Assembly: GCA_001785805.1 (NCBI GenBank)
Contig: MFUU01000010.1
Coordinates: forward strand, 1,936 to 50,580
DNA: 48,645 bases
Direction of reading: 5' to 3'
Origin: Candidatus Nomurabacteria bacterium RIFCSPLOWO2_01_FULL_39_17
GTDB taxonomy: Bacteria > Patescibacteriota > Minisyncoccia > Phycocordibacterales > UBA9973
Below are positions 10,012-19,554 of this stretch, piece after piece (positions within the stretch are counted from its first letter, which is position 1; the number at the start of each line of letters is the position of its first letter). Under the pieces are notes generated by a model. The model made no database searches, was not told where the DNA came from, and worked only from the letters and a program-made list of their open reading frames with translations. The position numbers were made by a program, and so were the translations under genes.

Positions 10012-10387
10012 TTTTCTCCGCAATTTTATTTGCTTCTTCGCCTTGGTATTTTTTAGTTGGCCAATTGGAAAATTTATCATTTAAAAGTCGTGGTATTAGG
10101 TGTACATGAAAATGAGGGACATCTTTTCCTACAACAGATATGACTACATAATCACAGCCAAGACTAATTTTCTGTGCATGCATTAATTTTTTTGATAATT
10201 TAAAAATTTCCGAGATTGTTTCATCCTCAGCATCTTGCATCCAGACCACATGTTCTTTGGGTATTATCAAAAGATGCCCATCCATAACAGGCTCTATGTC
10301 TAAAAAAGCCAAGAAATTTTCATCCTCATAAACTTTTACGCAAGGTATTTCCTTTTTTACAATTTTGCAAAAAATACAGTTTTCCAT
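9995..10387 (-). CDS. HIT (histidine triad) family nucleotide hydrolase/transferase
   Basis: Histidine triad HFHVHLIPR and CIFCKIV N-terminus. Start set at ATG 10387 because the 24 upstream codons in the ORF track are encoded by a repeat element. 3' end overlaps pgk by 17 nt (convergent). Confidence 0.85.
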   Translation of the reverse strand: MENCIFCKIVKKEIPCVKVYEDENFLAFLDIEPVMDGHLLIIPKEHVVWMQDAEDETISEIFKLSKKLMHAQKISLGCDYVVISVVGKDVPHFHVHLIPRLLNDKFSNWPTKKYQGEEANKIAEKISSAL

Positions 10388-10405
10388 ATAAAGTTTCGCA
10401 AAATC

Positions 10406-10466
10406 AAAGTTTTTTGTGTCCTCGGTTCCCCGGGTCCCTATCCCGGCCAAACCATTCAAAAACTTT
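10406..10466 (-). repeat. Nested-hairpin interspersed element, family 1, long-form copy E
   Basis: Minus-strand reading: AAAGTTTTT-GAATGGTTTGGCCGGGATAGGGACCCGGGGAACCGAGGACAC-AAAAACTTT. Homologous to copy D. Confidence 0.8.
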
Positions 10467-10500
10467 ATTTTGCTTCACTTTATATATTATATACTATTTG

Positions 10501-10509
10501 TGCTAAAAT
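10501..10509 (+). promoter_or_regulatory. Extended -10 box TGCTAAAAT, 7 nt upstream of the recJ ATG
   Basis: TGn plus TAAAAT. Spacer TTGCTCT lacks a Shine-Dalgarno. Confidence 0.4.
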
Positions 10510-10516
10510 TTGCTCT

Positions 10517-12172
10517 ATGCAGAAGTATGGCGAATTATTACAGTTATTGCTAGGAAAAAGGGGAATTACCGACGAAAATCAAGCTCAAGTTTTTCTCAAC
10601 CCAGATTATGCAAGAGATTTTCACGACCCATTTCTGATGCGCGATATGGAGAAAGCTTGTGTAAGACTATATGAGGCAATCGATGCTGGTGAAAAAATAG
10701 TAATTTATGCCGATTATGATTGCGATGGCATACCCGGAGCGCTAATTTTGCGGGATTTATTTAAAAAGGTAGACTATAAAAATTTTGAAGTCTATATTCC
10801 AAAAAGAAATTCTGAAGGCTACGGCCTTAACCTTTCGGCTATGAAACAATTTGCAGAAAATGGGGTGAAACTTATCATAACGGTAGACCTGGGCATTACG
10901 GCAGTGGCCGAAGTGACGCAAGCGGAAGTAAATGGTATTGATGTTATTATAATGGACCATCATTTATCAAGCGCTGTTTTACCCCGCGCTTATGCGATTT
11001 TAAATCCTAAAATAGATGATTATCCCGAGAAAATGTTATGCGGAGCCGGAGTTGTTTTTAAATTTATACAGGGTTTTATAAAAAAATATGGCGAATATTT
11101 TAAAATAAAAAATGGTGCTGAAAAATGGATGCTCGATATGGCAGGCCTTGCCACGCTCTCTGATATGGTTCCCCTCTTGGGAGAGAATAGAGCCATTGCC
11201 TATTTTGGTTTGAAAGTTTTGCGCAAATCTCCTCGCCCGGGTTTACAGAAACTTTTAGCCAAAATGAATATTGACCAGAAACATCTCACCGAAGACGATA
11301 TAGGCTTTATGGTGACCCCGAGATTAAACGCCGCTTCGCGCATGGACGACCCCATGCGCGCCTTTGAACTTCTTTCTACAGAAAACGAAAAAGAGGCAGA
11401 TTTGCTGGCTGACCATCTATCGAAGATAAATGATGAAAGAAAATTAATTGTTGCTTCTATTATGCGAGAAGTGGGAAGAAAATTTGAGACGCGAGAAGTA
11501 AAAGATGTGATAGTAATAGGCAATCCGTCATGGAAGGTGGGAGTTTTAGGGCTAGTGGCGGGTAAAATGTCGGATGAATACAAAAGACCAGTTTTTGTCT
11601 GGGGTAAAGACGAGAACGATTTATTGAAGGGTTCTTGTCGGAGCGACGGTTCGGTGTCCGTGGTTGAACTTATGCATGAAACAAAAGAATCCTTTTTAGA
11701 ATTTGGCGGTCACGAACTTGCGGGCGGATTTACAGTGCATAACGATAAAATTCATTTTCTAGAAGACGCTCTATCTCTATCTTATACAAAAATAAAACGC
11801 CCCTTGTCAAAAGAATTGAATGAACAAGCCGACATTGTTGATGATTTCAGCTTGATAAATATGAAGAATTGGCGCGAAATAGAAAAACTTGCCCCATTCG
11901 GACTTGGCAACCCAAAACCCATATTTCTTTTCTCGGGAGCAAAAGTAGAGAAGATCAAGAAATTCGGGAAAAATGGCTCAGGAGAGCACCTGGAAGTTAC
12001 CTTTTCTGATTCGAATAATAATAAAGCTAAAGCGATTTCTTTTTTTTCTAACCATGAATCTTTTGAAGTTCCTTTGTCAGAAGGTTTGAGGGTAAATCTT
12101 CTTGCTACTTTTGATTTGTCTCGTTTTCGCGGACGGGAAGAATTAAGACTGAGAATTGTTGACATATGTTAA
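10517..12172 (+). CDS. recJ: Single-stranded-DNA-specific exonuclease RecJ
   Basis: 551 aa. DHH-family motifs DYDCDG, DLG, MDHH and the DHHA1 motif GGHELAGGF. Confidence 0.88.
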   Translation: MQKYGELLQLLLGKRGITDENQAQVFLNPDYARDFHDPFLMRDMEKACVRLYEAIDAGEKIVIYADYDCDGIPGALILRDLFKKVDYKNFEVYIPKRNSEGYGLNLSAMKQFAENGVKLIITVDLGITAVAEVTQAEVNGIDVIIMDHHLSSAVLPRAYAILNPKIDDYPEKMLCGAGVVFKFIQGFIKKYGEYFKIKNGAEKWMLDMAGLATLSDMVPLLGENRAIAYFGLKVLRKSPRPGLQKLLAKMNIDQKHLTEDDIGFMVTPRLNAASRMDDPMRAFELLSTENEKEADLLADHLSKINDERKLIVASIMREVGRKFETREVKDVIVIGNPSWKVGVLGLVAGKMSDEYKRPVFVWGKDENDLLKGSCRSDGSVSVVELMHETKESFLEFGGHELAGGFTVHNDKIHFLEDALSLSYTKIKRPLSKELNEQADIVDDFSLINMKNWREIEKLAPFGLGNPKPIFLFSGAKVEKIKKFGKNGSGEHLEVTFSDSNNNKAKAISFFSNHESFEVPLSEGLRVNLLATFDLSRFRGREELRLRIVDIC

Positions 12173-12178
12173 TATAAT
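12173..12178 (+). promoter_or_regulatory. -10 box TATAAT, 6 nt upstream of the rnhA ATG
   Basis: Perfect hexamer in the 12-nt recJ-rnhA spacer. May be a chance match in AT-rich DNA. Confidence 0.25.
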
Positions 12179-12184
12179 ATAATT

Positions 12185-12670
12185 ATGAAAAGTAAAATTA
12201 TAATTTATACAGACGGTTCGGCAAGAGGTAATCCTGGAAAAGCTGGCTGGGCTGCGATTTTAGTTAATGGAAAGAAAATTTTAGAAATTGGAGGCAGAAG
12301 CGACCATGCGACCAACAACCAGATGGAACTTACTGCGCCAATAGAAGCGTTGAAGTATTTAAAGAAACACCTATCTCGCCGAGCCAAGGCGGATAAAAAA
12401 ACTTCACCCATGGAAATATTTTCTGATTCAAAATATGTGATTTTAGGAATTACCGAGTGGATTTTTAATTGGCAGAAAAATAATTGGCGTAATGCCAATA
12501 AAAAGTTGGTATTAAACCGCGAACTCTGGGAGAGACTTTATAAACTTGCGGAAGAATTAAAGCCCAAATGGGTTTATATTGAAGGCCACAATGGCGACAA
12601 GTGGAATGAACGGGCCGACGTCATTGCCACCAGTTTCGCTGACAATATACCTATAAAACTTAGAAAATAA
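12185..12670 (+). CDS. rnhA: Ribonuclease HI
   Basis: 161 aa. IYTDGSARGNPG, NNQMEL, SDSKYV and NERAD (DEDD catalytic pattern). Confidence 0.88.
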   Translation: MKSKIIIYTDGSARGNPGKAGWAAILVNGKKILEIGGRSDHATNNQMELTAPIEALKYLKKHLSRRAKADKKTSPMEIFSDSKYVILGITEWIFNWQKNNWRNANKKLVLNRELWERLYKLAEELKPKWVYIEGHNGDKWNERADVIATSFADNIPIKLRK

Positions 12671-12680
12671 AAAATTTTAA

Positions 12681-14162
12681 ATGCAGGATAAGGTTTTTTA
12701 TGCAATATGTCTAGGGTTTATATGCGGAGTGCTCTTGCGCTCTTTTGTTTTTATAAATATTTTCACAATAATATTTGTGAGTATTATTGGATTAGCGCTT
12801 ATTTTATTTTTCACCTTAATTTCTAAAAATAGGTGGGGGATTATCTTTTCCATTTTTGTGCTGATGTTTGCTTTCGGAATTTTGAGATTTCATCTCGCCG
12901 ACAAGCCCGCGCCTTACGTCCTTAAATCACAAACAGATCAAAAGATATCTTTGATTGGAAATATTGTAGATGAACCAAATATTGGCGAGAATAGCCAGAG
13001 ATTGACCGTAGAAATAGAAGTGGAGAAAAGTAAAGTAAAAATTTTACTGACTGTAAAAAATCAAGGTGAAGATTTTAAATATGGCGATAGGGTAGATTTT
13101 TCCGGGAAACTGGATAAAATAGAAAATTTTATCACCGACCAAGGTAAAGAATTCAATTATGTAAATTATTTGCGCAAAGACGGAATATTATATTCGATGT
13201 ATTATCCAAAAATTGAAATTATTTCTCGCGATGGTGGTAATTTTATAAAACGCGGACTTTTCTCTATTAAAGAAAAATTTCTAGAAAAAATAAATTTAGT
13301 AATCCCAAATCCCGAAAGTCTGCTTATGGGCGGGCTGATATTAGGCGAAAGGTCTTCTTTTACCAGAGACCTAAGACAGAGTTTTGTAGATACAGGCACT
13401 ATACATATTGTAGCCCTATCTGGTTATAATGTTACAATTGTCGCCGAGTGGATTATGAAAGTTTTTTCATTCTTACCGTATAGTTGGGGTTTTGGGATTG
13501 GAATATTTGGGATTTTTCTTTTTATAATTATGTCAGGCGGGTCCTCTACAGCTATTCGCGCGGGAGTGATGGCTTCTTTAGCGCTTATCGCCCGCGCGAC
13601 TGGAAGAAACTATGATGTTGCGCGAGCGCTTATTTTGGCCGGTGTTGCGATGATACTCTTGAACCCGCTTATTTTGGTTTATGACGTATCTTTTCAGCTT
13701 TCTTTTATTGCGACTGTGGCAGTGATATTTATTGCTCCGAGGATTGAAAGACATTTCTCATGGGTTACCGAGCGCTTCCAGTTGCGAGATATTATCACAG
13801 TTACTTGCGCGGTCTATGTCTTTGTCTTGCCCTTTATCCTGTATAAGATGGGAAACTTGTCGTTGGTTGCTTTGCCGGCGAATATTTTAATTTTACCGTT
13901 TATTCCATTTACCATGTTCCTTGGTTTTATGACTGGATTTTTGGGATCGGTTTTTTACATTTTAGCTATCCCTTTCGGCTATCTGTCATATTTTATTCTT
14001 CACTACGAATTGGGGGTAGTTAATTTTTTCGCCCATGTACCCTTTGCTTCGTTTACTATTCCCAACTTTCCGTTTCTCATCACACTTCTGATTTACGCCT
14101 ATTTCATTTATAGACTTTTTGGGAGAAATATAAAAAGTTTTTTTAGTACCAACAAAATATAG
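12681..14162 (+). CDS. comEC: ComEC/Rec2 DNA internalisation channel, N-terminal OB (DUF4131-like) plus competence membrane domain only
   Basis: 493 aa polytopic membrane protein. Soluble insert after the first TM segments, then the ComEC-like core with HIVALSGYNV. No beta-lactamase domain. Confidence 0.75.
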   Translation: MQDKVFYAICLGFICGVLLRSFVFINIFTIIFVSIIGLALILFFTLISKNRWGIIFSIFVLMFAFGILRFHLADKPAPYVLKSQTDQKISLIGNIVDEPNIGENSQRLTVEIEVEKSKVKILLTVKNQGEDFKYGDRVDFSGKLDKIENFITDQGKEFNYVNYLRKDGILYSMYYPKIEIISRDGGNFIKRGLFSIKEKFLEKINLVIPNPESLLMGGLILGERSSFTRDLRQSFVDTGTIHIVALSGYNVTIVAEWIMKVFSFLPYSWGFGIGIFGIFLFIIMSGGSSTAIRAGVMASLALIARATGRNYDVARALILAGVAMILLNPLILVYDVSFQLSFIATVAVIFIAPRIERHFSWVTERFQLRDIITVTCAVYVFVLPFILYKMGNLSLVALPANILILPFIPFTMFLGFMTGFLGSVFYILAIPFGYLSYFILHYELGVVNFFAHVPFASFTIPNFPFLITLLIYAYFIYRLFGRNIKSFFSTNKI

Positions 14163-14240
14163 AATTTTGAGGCACGGATATTTTTCTGCTAAAAAATTCC
14201 TCGTGTTCGCTCCGTCGAGCTCGCAAGCCCCCAAAATCCT
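14161..14240 (+). repeat. Nested-hairpin interspersed element, family 2, copy 1 (between convergent comEC and SOD genes)
   Basis: GGCACGGATATTTTTCTGCTAAAAAATTCCTCGTGTTCGCTCCGTCGAGCTCGCAAGCCCCC with outer arms AGAATTTTGAGG / CCCCAAAATCCT. Homologous to 34675-34769 and, inverted, to 39482-39583. Confidence 0.7.
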
Positions 14241-14245
14241 ATATT

Positions 14246-14854
14246 TTATTTTCCCTCAGCTTTGATAAAGTTTTCTTCTATTACTTTCCAATTTAGATTT
14301 TCAAAAAATGCTTCTACATATTTCTTCTTTTCCGATGTCGGGTAGTCGTATACAAAAGCATGCTCCCACATATCAAGAGCCAAAACTAAAGTACAGTCTT
14401 GCAGCTGTCCCAAATGCTGTTCATCCACCCAAGTAGACAATAGCCTTTTTTCTTTTCTGTCGTAATAAAGCATAGCCCAGCCAATACCGCGAGTGAGGGC
14501 AATAGCCTTAAAACGGCTCATCCATAAGTCAAAAGACCCCCATTCTTCTATAACCATTTCTCTTAATTTACTATCATCTGCAAGCGTTTTTGCTCCTCCA
14601 GATAAAGATTGGAAGTATACCTCATGGTTTCGCATGCCGTTATATTCAAAACTAAATCGACGATGAAGCTCACCCACAACATAAGGGGCAAAAGCGTCTT
14701 CTTTTGTATACCCTTCATACTCAAGTATTTTTTCCAAAATAGAATTGGCGTTTTTTACATATCCAGCATAGAGCTTCAAGTGCTCTTCAATGTTTTTCTT
14801 TGATATGCCCTTTAATTCTCCCATATTAAACTTTATTTCTTCAAATTTTTTCAT
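14246..14854 (-). CDS. Fe/Mn superoxide dismutase
   Basis: 202 aa. HLKLYAGYV, NHEVYF and DMWEHAFVYDY motifs of the Fe/Mn SOD family. Confidence 0.88.
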   Translation of the reverse strand: MKKFEEIKFNMGELKGISKKNIEEHLKLYAGYVKNANSILEKILEYEGYTKEDAFAPYVVGELHRRFSFEYNGMRNHEVYFQSLSGGAKTLADDSKLREMVIEEWGSFDLWMSRFKAIALTRGIGWAMLYYDRKEKRLLSTWVDEQHLGQLQDCTLVLALDMWEHAFVYDYPTSEKKKYVEAFFENLNWKVIEENFIKAEGK

Positions 14855-14925
14855 CCCAGTACTAAAATTTTAACTAATAATGTTTATCTTTATACCCCGT
14901 AATCAAAAATTTAGTACGGGATATG

Positions 14926-14934
14926 TGTTAATAT
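14926..14934 (+). promoter_or_regulatory. Extended -10 box TGTTAATAT, 6 nt upstream of ATG 14941
   Basis: TGn plus TAATAT. No Shine-Dalgarno. Confidence 0.35.
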
Positions 14935-14940
14935 TATAAC

Positions 14941-15810
14941 ATGTTTGTGACCTGTAAAAAGTACTTTTTACTCATTCTGGTTTTGTGTCTTCTACTTGCC
15001 ACTATTTTTATCTTTTACCTTGATTGGCAAAGTTCAAAAAAAGAATTAACTTTTGCCATGCTTGATATCGGCCAGGGAGATGCGCTTTTTATAGAATCCC
15101 CGACCGGAACTCAAATATTAATAGACGGAGGGCCAACAGGTAAGATTCTAGGCCGGCTTTCTCGCGTGATGCCACCCTTTGATAGGCACATAGATGGGAT
15201 TATTATTACTAATCCCGACCAAGACCATATTGGCGGATTTCTGGATGTTTTAAAAGTTTATAAAGTTGGTAAAGTTTTTGAACCTGGTACTTTCACTGAT
15301 TCTAAAACTTATCAGAACTTAAGGACCGAAATAGAAAATAAGAATATTCCTGATTTTCTGGCGAGAGGAGGGATGAGACTAAATATCGGCGGTGAAGCAT
15401 TTATTGATATTTTATTTCCCGACCGCGATGTATTGTCTTGGCCAACGAATGACGGGTCAATTGTTGCAAAACTTGTTTATGGCGGTGTTTCTATAATGTT
15501 GACCGGAGATGCTACGACAAAAACCGAAAAATTAATTATGGAAAAAACCAAAGCTACAGAATTAAGAAGCACCTTACTTAAAATCGGACACCATGGCTCG
15601 CGCACTTCCACCTCTCCAGAATTTGTAAAAACTGTTGCGCCAACTTACGCCCTCATTTCAGACGGCAAAGATAATAAATACGGACATCCGCATCAGGAAA
15701 CGCTAAATGCCCTGTCTTCTTTGGGTGCAGAAATCTTCAGAACCGACCTTTTAGGCAATATCATTATGAAATCTAACGGTCAAAATACCACCTTTTCTTT
15801 TCGTAAATAG
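14941..15810 (+). CDS. Membrane-anchored metallo-beta-lactamase-fold protein corresponding to the ComEC C-terminal domain
   Basis: 289 aa. N-terminal TM helix, DIGQGDALFIESP, NPDQDHIGG, GHHGS, KYGHP. This resembles the MBL domain normally fused to ComEC. Confidence 0.75.
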   Translation: MFVTCKKYFLLILVLCLLLATIFIFYLDWQSSKKELTFAMLDIGQGDALFIESPTGTQILIDGGPTGKILGRLSRVMPPFDRHIDGIIITNPDQDHIGGFLDVLKVYKVGKVFEPGTFTDSKTYQNLRTEIENKNIPDFLARGGMRLNIGGEAFIDILFPDRDVLSWPTNDGSIVAKLVYGGVSIMLTGDATTKTEKLIMEKTKATELRSTLLKIGHHGSRTSTSPEFVKTVAPTYALISDGKDNKYGHPHQETLNALSSLGAEIFRTDLLGNIIMKSNGQNTTFSFRK

Positions 15811-15827
15811 TTATGATAGAGTTAAGA

Positions 15828-15891
15828 CAGAATTTACTTTTTCGAACGGTCTGGGGATTTTTTCCGAGGACCTGAGAAAAAGAAAATTCTG
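15828..15891 (+). repeat. Nested-hairpin interspersed element, family 1, short-form copy A
   Basis: CAGAATTTACTTTTTC-GAACGGTCTGGGGATTTTTTCCGAGGACCTGA-GAAAAAGAAAATTCTG. Lies in the spacer before glyA. Confidence 0.85.
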
Positions 15892-15902
15892 AATTAACTT
15901 TT

Positions 15903-17144
15903 ATGAAAGATAAAAAAGTAAAAAAGCTAATAAAGGGAGAAGAAAAAAGGCAAAGAGATGGATTGGAGCTTATTCCGTCAGAAAATTATGTTTCCAGGGA
16001 TGTTCTTGAGGCCAACGGTTCTATTTTTACCAATAAATATTCTGAAGGATATCCGGGAAAACGTTATTATGGGGGACAAGATTATACCGATAAAGTGGAA
16101 CGTTTGGCCATTGAACGCGCCTGCAAGCTCTTTAATTGCAAATTTGCCAATGTCCAACCGCTCTCCGGCGCTCCAGCTAATGTTGCGACTTATTTTGCTC
16201 TGCTTGAGCCGGGTGACACGGTGCTCGGGATGGATCTCTCTCACGGCGGACATCTTACTCATGGTCACCCCGTTACCTATATAGCCAAGCTTTTCAACTT
16301 TGTTCGTTACAAAATGAAAGATACCAGAACAGGCGAAATCGATTACAAAGGTCTTCGTGAAATTGCTTTAAAAACCAAGCCGAAGATAATTTTGGCTGGT
16401 TTTTCGGCGTATTCCCGAGAGCTTAATTATAAAAAGTTTGTAGATATCGCGCATGAAGTTGGCGCTATCACTATGGCGGATATGGCGCACATTGCCGGAT
16501 TGATTGCAGGGAAAGCTGTGCGAAATCCATTTGACGATGGTTTTGATATTATTACAACCACCACTCATAAAACTCTGCGCGGACCGCGCGGGGGAATGAT
16601 TTTAGTTCGAAATAATGAAGAAATCGCGAAAAAGATAGATAAATCTGTTTTCCCCGGATTTCAAGGAGGTCCGCATATGAACAACATTGCTGCTAAGGCT
16701 GTAGCCTTCGGAGAAGCTTTAACCCCGGCATTCAAGAAATATGCAAGACAGATTTTAAAAAATGCGAAAGCGATGGAGAAAGTTTTTCATAAGCACAAAA
16801 TTCGCATGATTGGCGGGGGTACCGATAACCACTTGATTCTCGCCGATGTATATGGTTCTCTGGGCGTCTCTGGCAAAGAAGCCCAAACAGTTCTAGATGA
16901 AGTTGGCATAACGCTTAACATGAATATGATTGCCGACGACACCAGAAAGCCGATGGATCCCTCAGGTATCCGCTTCGGCACGCCGGCTATTACCACCCGC
17001 GGGTTTAAAGAAAAAGAATGCGCACTTGTTGCTGAATTGATGATAGAAACGCTTCGTAATAAAGATAATAAAAAGAAAAAGGAAGAAATAAGAAAGAAAA
17101 TAAAAACTCTCGCTAAAAAATTCCCGATACCGAATTATTTTTAA
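15903..17144 (+). CDS. glyA: Serine hydroxymethyltransferase
   Basis: 413 aa. LIPSENY, GYPGKRYYGG and TTTTHKTLRGPRGG (PLP lysine). Confidence 0.92.
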   Translation: MKDKKVKKLIKGEEKRQRDGLELIPSENYVSRDVLEANGSIFTNKYSEGYPGKRYYGGQDYTDKVERLAIERACKLFNCKFANVQPLSGAPANVATYFALLEPGDTVLGMDLSHGGHLTHGHPVTYIAKLFNFVRYKMKDTRTGEIDYKGLREIALKTKPKIILAGFSAYSRELNYKKFVDIAHEVGAITMADMAHIAGLIAGKAVRNPFDDGFDIITTTTHKTLRGPRGGMILVRNNEEIAKKIDKSVFPGFQGGPHMNNIAAKAVAFGEALTPAFKKYARQILKNAKAMEKVFHKHKIRMIGGGTDNHLILADVYGSLGVSGKEAQTVLDEVGITLNMNMIADDTRKPMDPSGIRFGTPAITTRGFKEKECALVAELMIETLRNKDNKKKKEEIRKKIKTLAKKFPIPNYF

Positions 17145-17152
17145 TAGAAACT

Positions 17153-17881
17153 ATGTTAAAAAGTAAAAATATTTTAATAACTGGTTCATCGTCTGGTATC
17201 GGGGCGGCAACTGCACGGTTGGCGAAAAAATACGGGGCAAATCCAATTTTACACGGCAAAACCGAAAGCGACGAGTTAAAAGCATTAGCTAAAGAATTGA
17301 ACTGTGAATATATTTTCTGCGATGTTGCTGATAAGGTAGCTGTTGAGTCTGAAGTTAATAAGATTTTAATAAAGTTCAAAAGAATTGATATATTGGTAAA
17401 TTCTGCAGGAATTTCTAAAGGACAAAACTTTTTAGAAGGAACTGATGATCTCTGGCTAGAAATATTTAAAGTAAATGTTTTAGGGACGAAACATTTTTGC
17501 CAGGAAATTATTCCCCACATGCAAAAGAATAAATACGGAAGAGTAGTAAATGTAGCTTCAATTAGAGGTTATGCGAACACTACTGGTAATTCTGCTTACG
17601 GAGCTTCTAAAGCTGCAATATTGACGATGACTGCTTCTTTAGCTAAAGAATTTGCACCAAAAATTGCAGTAAATGCTGTTGCTCCTGGTTTTACAGATAC
17701 AAGGATGGCTCTTGATCGTACGGAAAAGACTAAACAACAAGTAAAAGAAGCTTTACTGGGCAGAGCGGCATTGCCAGAAGAAATTGCCGAGGTGATTTTA
17801 TTTTTAGCTAGTGACAAAGCTAGTTTTATCACAGGTCAAACGATTATAGTGGATGGAGGTTATTCAATTTCAGGGAAATAA
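17153..17881 (+). CDS. Short-chain dehydrogenase/reductase (FabG-like)
   Basis: 242 aa. TGSSSGIGAATA cofactor motif, NSAG and the YGASKAA catalytic motif. Confidence 0.85.
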   Translation: MLKSKNILITGSSSGIGAATARLAKKYGANPILHGKTESDELKALAKELNCEYIFCDVADKVAVESEVNKILIKFKRIDILVNSAGISKGQNFLEGTDDLWLEIFKVNVLGTKHFCQEIIPHMQKNKYGRVVNVASIRGYANTTGNSAYGASKAAILTMTASLAKEFAPKIAVNAVAPGFTDTRMALDRTEKTKQQVKEALLGRAALPEEIAEVILFLASDKASFITGQTIIVDGGYSISGK

Positions 17882-17882
17882 T

Positions 17883-18356
17883 ATGCCTCATATTCATGAA
17901 AAAATTGATTTTACAGTAGAGGTTTTTATTGTTCATAAAAATAAAGTTTTACTGCGTATACATGATAAATATGGTATTTGGCTTTCTATCGGTGGACATA
18001 TTGAACTTCACGAGAACCCAGTGGAAGCAGCTATCCGTGAAGTGAAAGAAGAAGTTGGACTGGATATAAAAATAATCGGTGATGCACATGGTCCATTGAG
18101 TGGTAAAAAAGAGAACAGGAATTACACTTACCTTATTCCACCGCGGTATCTGGGGAGACATCCCGTCTCCAATAACCACGAACACATAGCCTTTGTTTAT
18201 TTTGCCACAGCTGATACTTATGTTATTGCAGAATCTATAAGTGCACACGAAAGATCAAATGCACGCTGGGTGAGCATGGAAGAACTTGAGAAAATGGATC
18301 TTGTTCCGAATATATATTTCTACGCCACCGAAGCGCTAAAAGAGCTCGGTAAATAG
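17883..18356 (+). CDS. Nudix hydrolase
   Basis: Nudix box GGHIELHENPVEAAIREVKEEVGL. Start set at ATG 17883 (MPHIHEK), right after the SDR stop. Confidence 0.85.
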   Translation: MPHIHEKIDFTVEVFIVHKNKVLLRIHDKYGIWLSIGGHIELHENPVEAAIREVKEEVGLDIKIIGDAHGPLSGKKENRNYTYLIPPRYLGRHPVSNNHEHIAFVYFATADTYVIAESISAHERSNARWVSMEELEKMDLVPNIYFYATEALKELGK

Positions 18357-18376
18357 TTTTGTTTTAAAGCTTTTTC

Positions 18377-18385
18377 TGCTATATT
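18377..18385 (+). promoter_or_regulatory. Extended -10 box TGCTATATT, 6 nt upstream of the tmk ATG
   Basis: TGn plus TATATT. No Shine-Dalgarno. Confidence 0.4.
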
Positions 18386-18391
18386 TTATCA

Positions 18392-19096
18392 ATGACTAAA
18401 AGGGGTAAATTGATAGTAATAGATGGCACGGATGGGAGCGGGAAGGCTACGCAGACAGATTTCTTGATTAAACATTTAAAGAAAGATGGTTTTAAGGTCA
18501 AGGTAGTTGATTTCCCTGAATATTATTCAAACTTTTTCGGTGCCTTTATTGGGCACTGTCTTTCAGAGCAATACTATAATTTCGTGAAGATACACCCGAA
18601 GATTGCTTCGGTGCTTTATGCGGTGGATCGTTTTGAATCGAAAGACAGGATAGAAAAATGGTTAAAAGATGGATATGTGGTGATAGCGAACAGATATGCC
18701 AGCGCGAATCAGATACACCAGGGTGGTAAAATCGCTAATACTAAGAAGCGCAAAGCCTTTATCAAATGGCTGGCGAAGATGGAATATAAGATTTTTAAAA
18801 TTCCCAGACCTGACGTTATATTTTATTTAAGTGTTCCAATACCGATAGTTCTGAAATTAATCCACGAGAGGAATAAAAATAATCATCGTGGATATTTGGG
18901 CAAGAAAAAGGCAAAAAAGACTGATGTCCACGAGAAAGATGTTCAATTTTTAGAAAATTCCCGTAAGAGTGCGCTCTGGCTGACGAAAACGCAAAAAGGA
19001 TGGATTAAAGTTGAATGTGTGAGAGATGGAAAATTAGATACGCGCGCGAATATTCATAATAAAATTTATGAAAAAGTTAAAAAAATTTTTAAATAA
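18392..19096 (+). CDS. tmk: Thymidylate kinase
   Basis: 234 aa. P-loop IDGTDGSGKATQ and a DRF/DRY-like motif. Confidence 0.8.
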   Translation: MTKRGKLIVIDGTDGSGKATQTDFLIKHLKKDGFKVKVVDFPEYYSNFFGAFIGHCLSEQYYNFVKIHPKIASVLYAVDRFESKDRIEKWLKDGYVVIANRYASANQIHQGGKIANTKKRKAFIKWLAKMEYKIFKIPRPDVIFYLSVPIPIVLKLIHERNKNNHRGYLGKKKAKKTDVHEKDVQFLENSRKSALWLTKTQKGWIKVECVRDGKLDTRANIHNKIYEKVKKIFK

Positions 19097-19522
19097 ATGA
19101 AAATCAAAGTTAAAAAATTAAGGGAAGATGCGAAGTTGCCGACGCACGGGCATCCGGGGGATGCGGGGGTAGATTTTTATGCGATAGAGAAAGTCGTCTT
19201 TGCCCCAGGGAAACAAGCGCGGGTGCATACAGGGATAGCGATAGAAATACCCGAAGAACATGTGGGCCTTATTTGGGACAAATCAAGCATCTCTTTTAAT
19301 CTGGGGCTTAAGGTCTTTGGCGGGGTGATTGATTCGGGGTACAGGGGAGAAATCATAATGTGCCTTTTAAATACTTCCGACAAAGAAGTTATAATAGAGA
19401 AAGGCCACAAAGTAGCCCAAATGATTATTCAGAAGTTTGAGCATTGCGAGATCGTTGAGGTAAATGAAATAACAGAAACCGTACGTGGCGCCGGGCGCGA
19501 AGGAAGCACAGGGCATAAATAG
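19097..19522 (+). CDS. dut: dUTP diphosphatase
   Basis: 141 aa. GDAGVD, GVIDSGYRGE and RGAGREGSTG motifs of trimeric dUTPases. Confidence 0.88.
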   Translation: MKIKVKKLREDAKLPTHGHPGDAGVDFYAIEKVVFAPGKQARVHTGIAIEIPEEHVGLIWDKSSISFNLGLKVFGGVIDSGYRGEIIMCLLNTSDKEVIIEKGHKVAQMIIQKFEHCEIVEVNEITETVRGAGREGSTGHK

Positions 19523-19554
19523 TTGAAAGTTGTAAAGTTCATAAAGTAAAAAGT

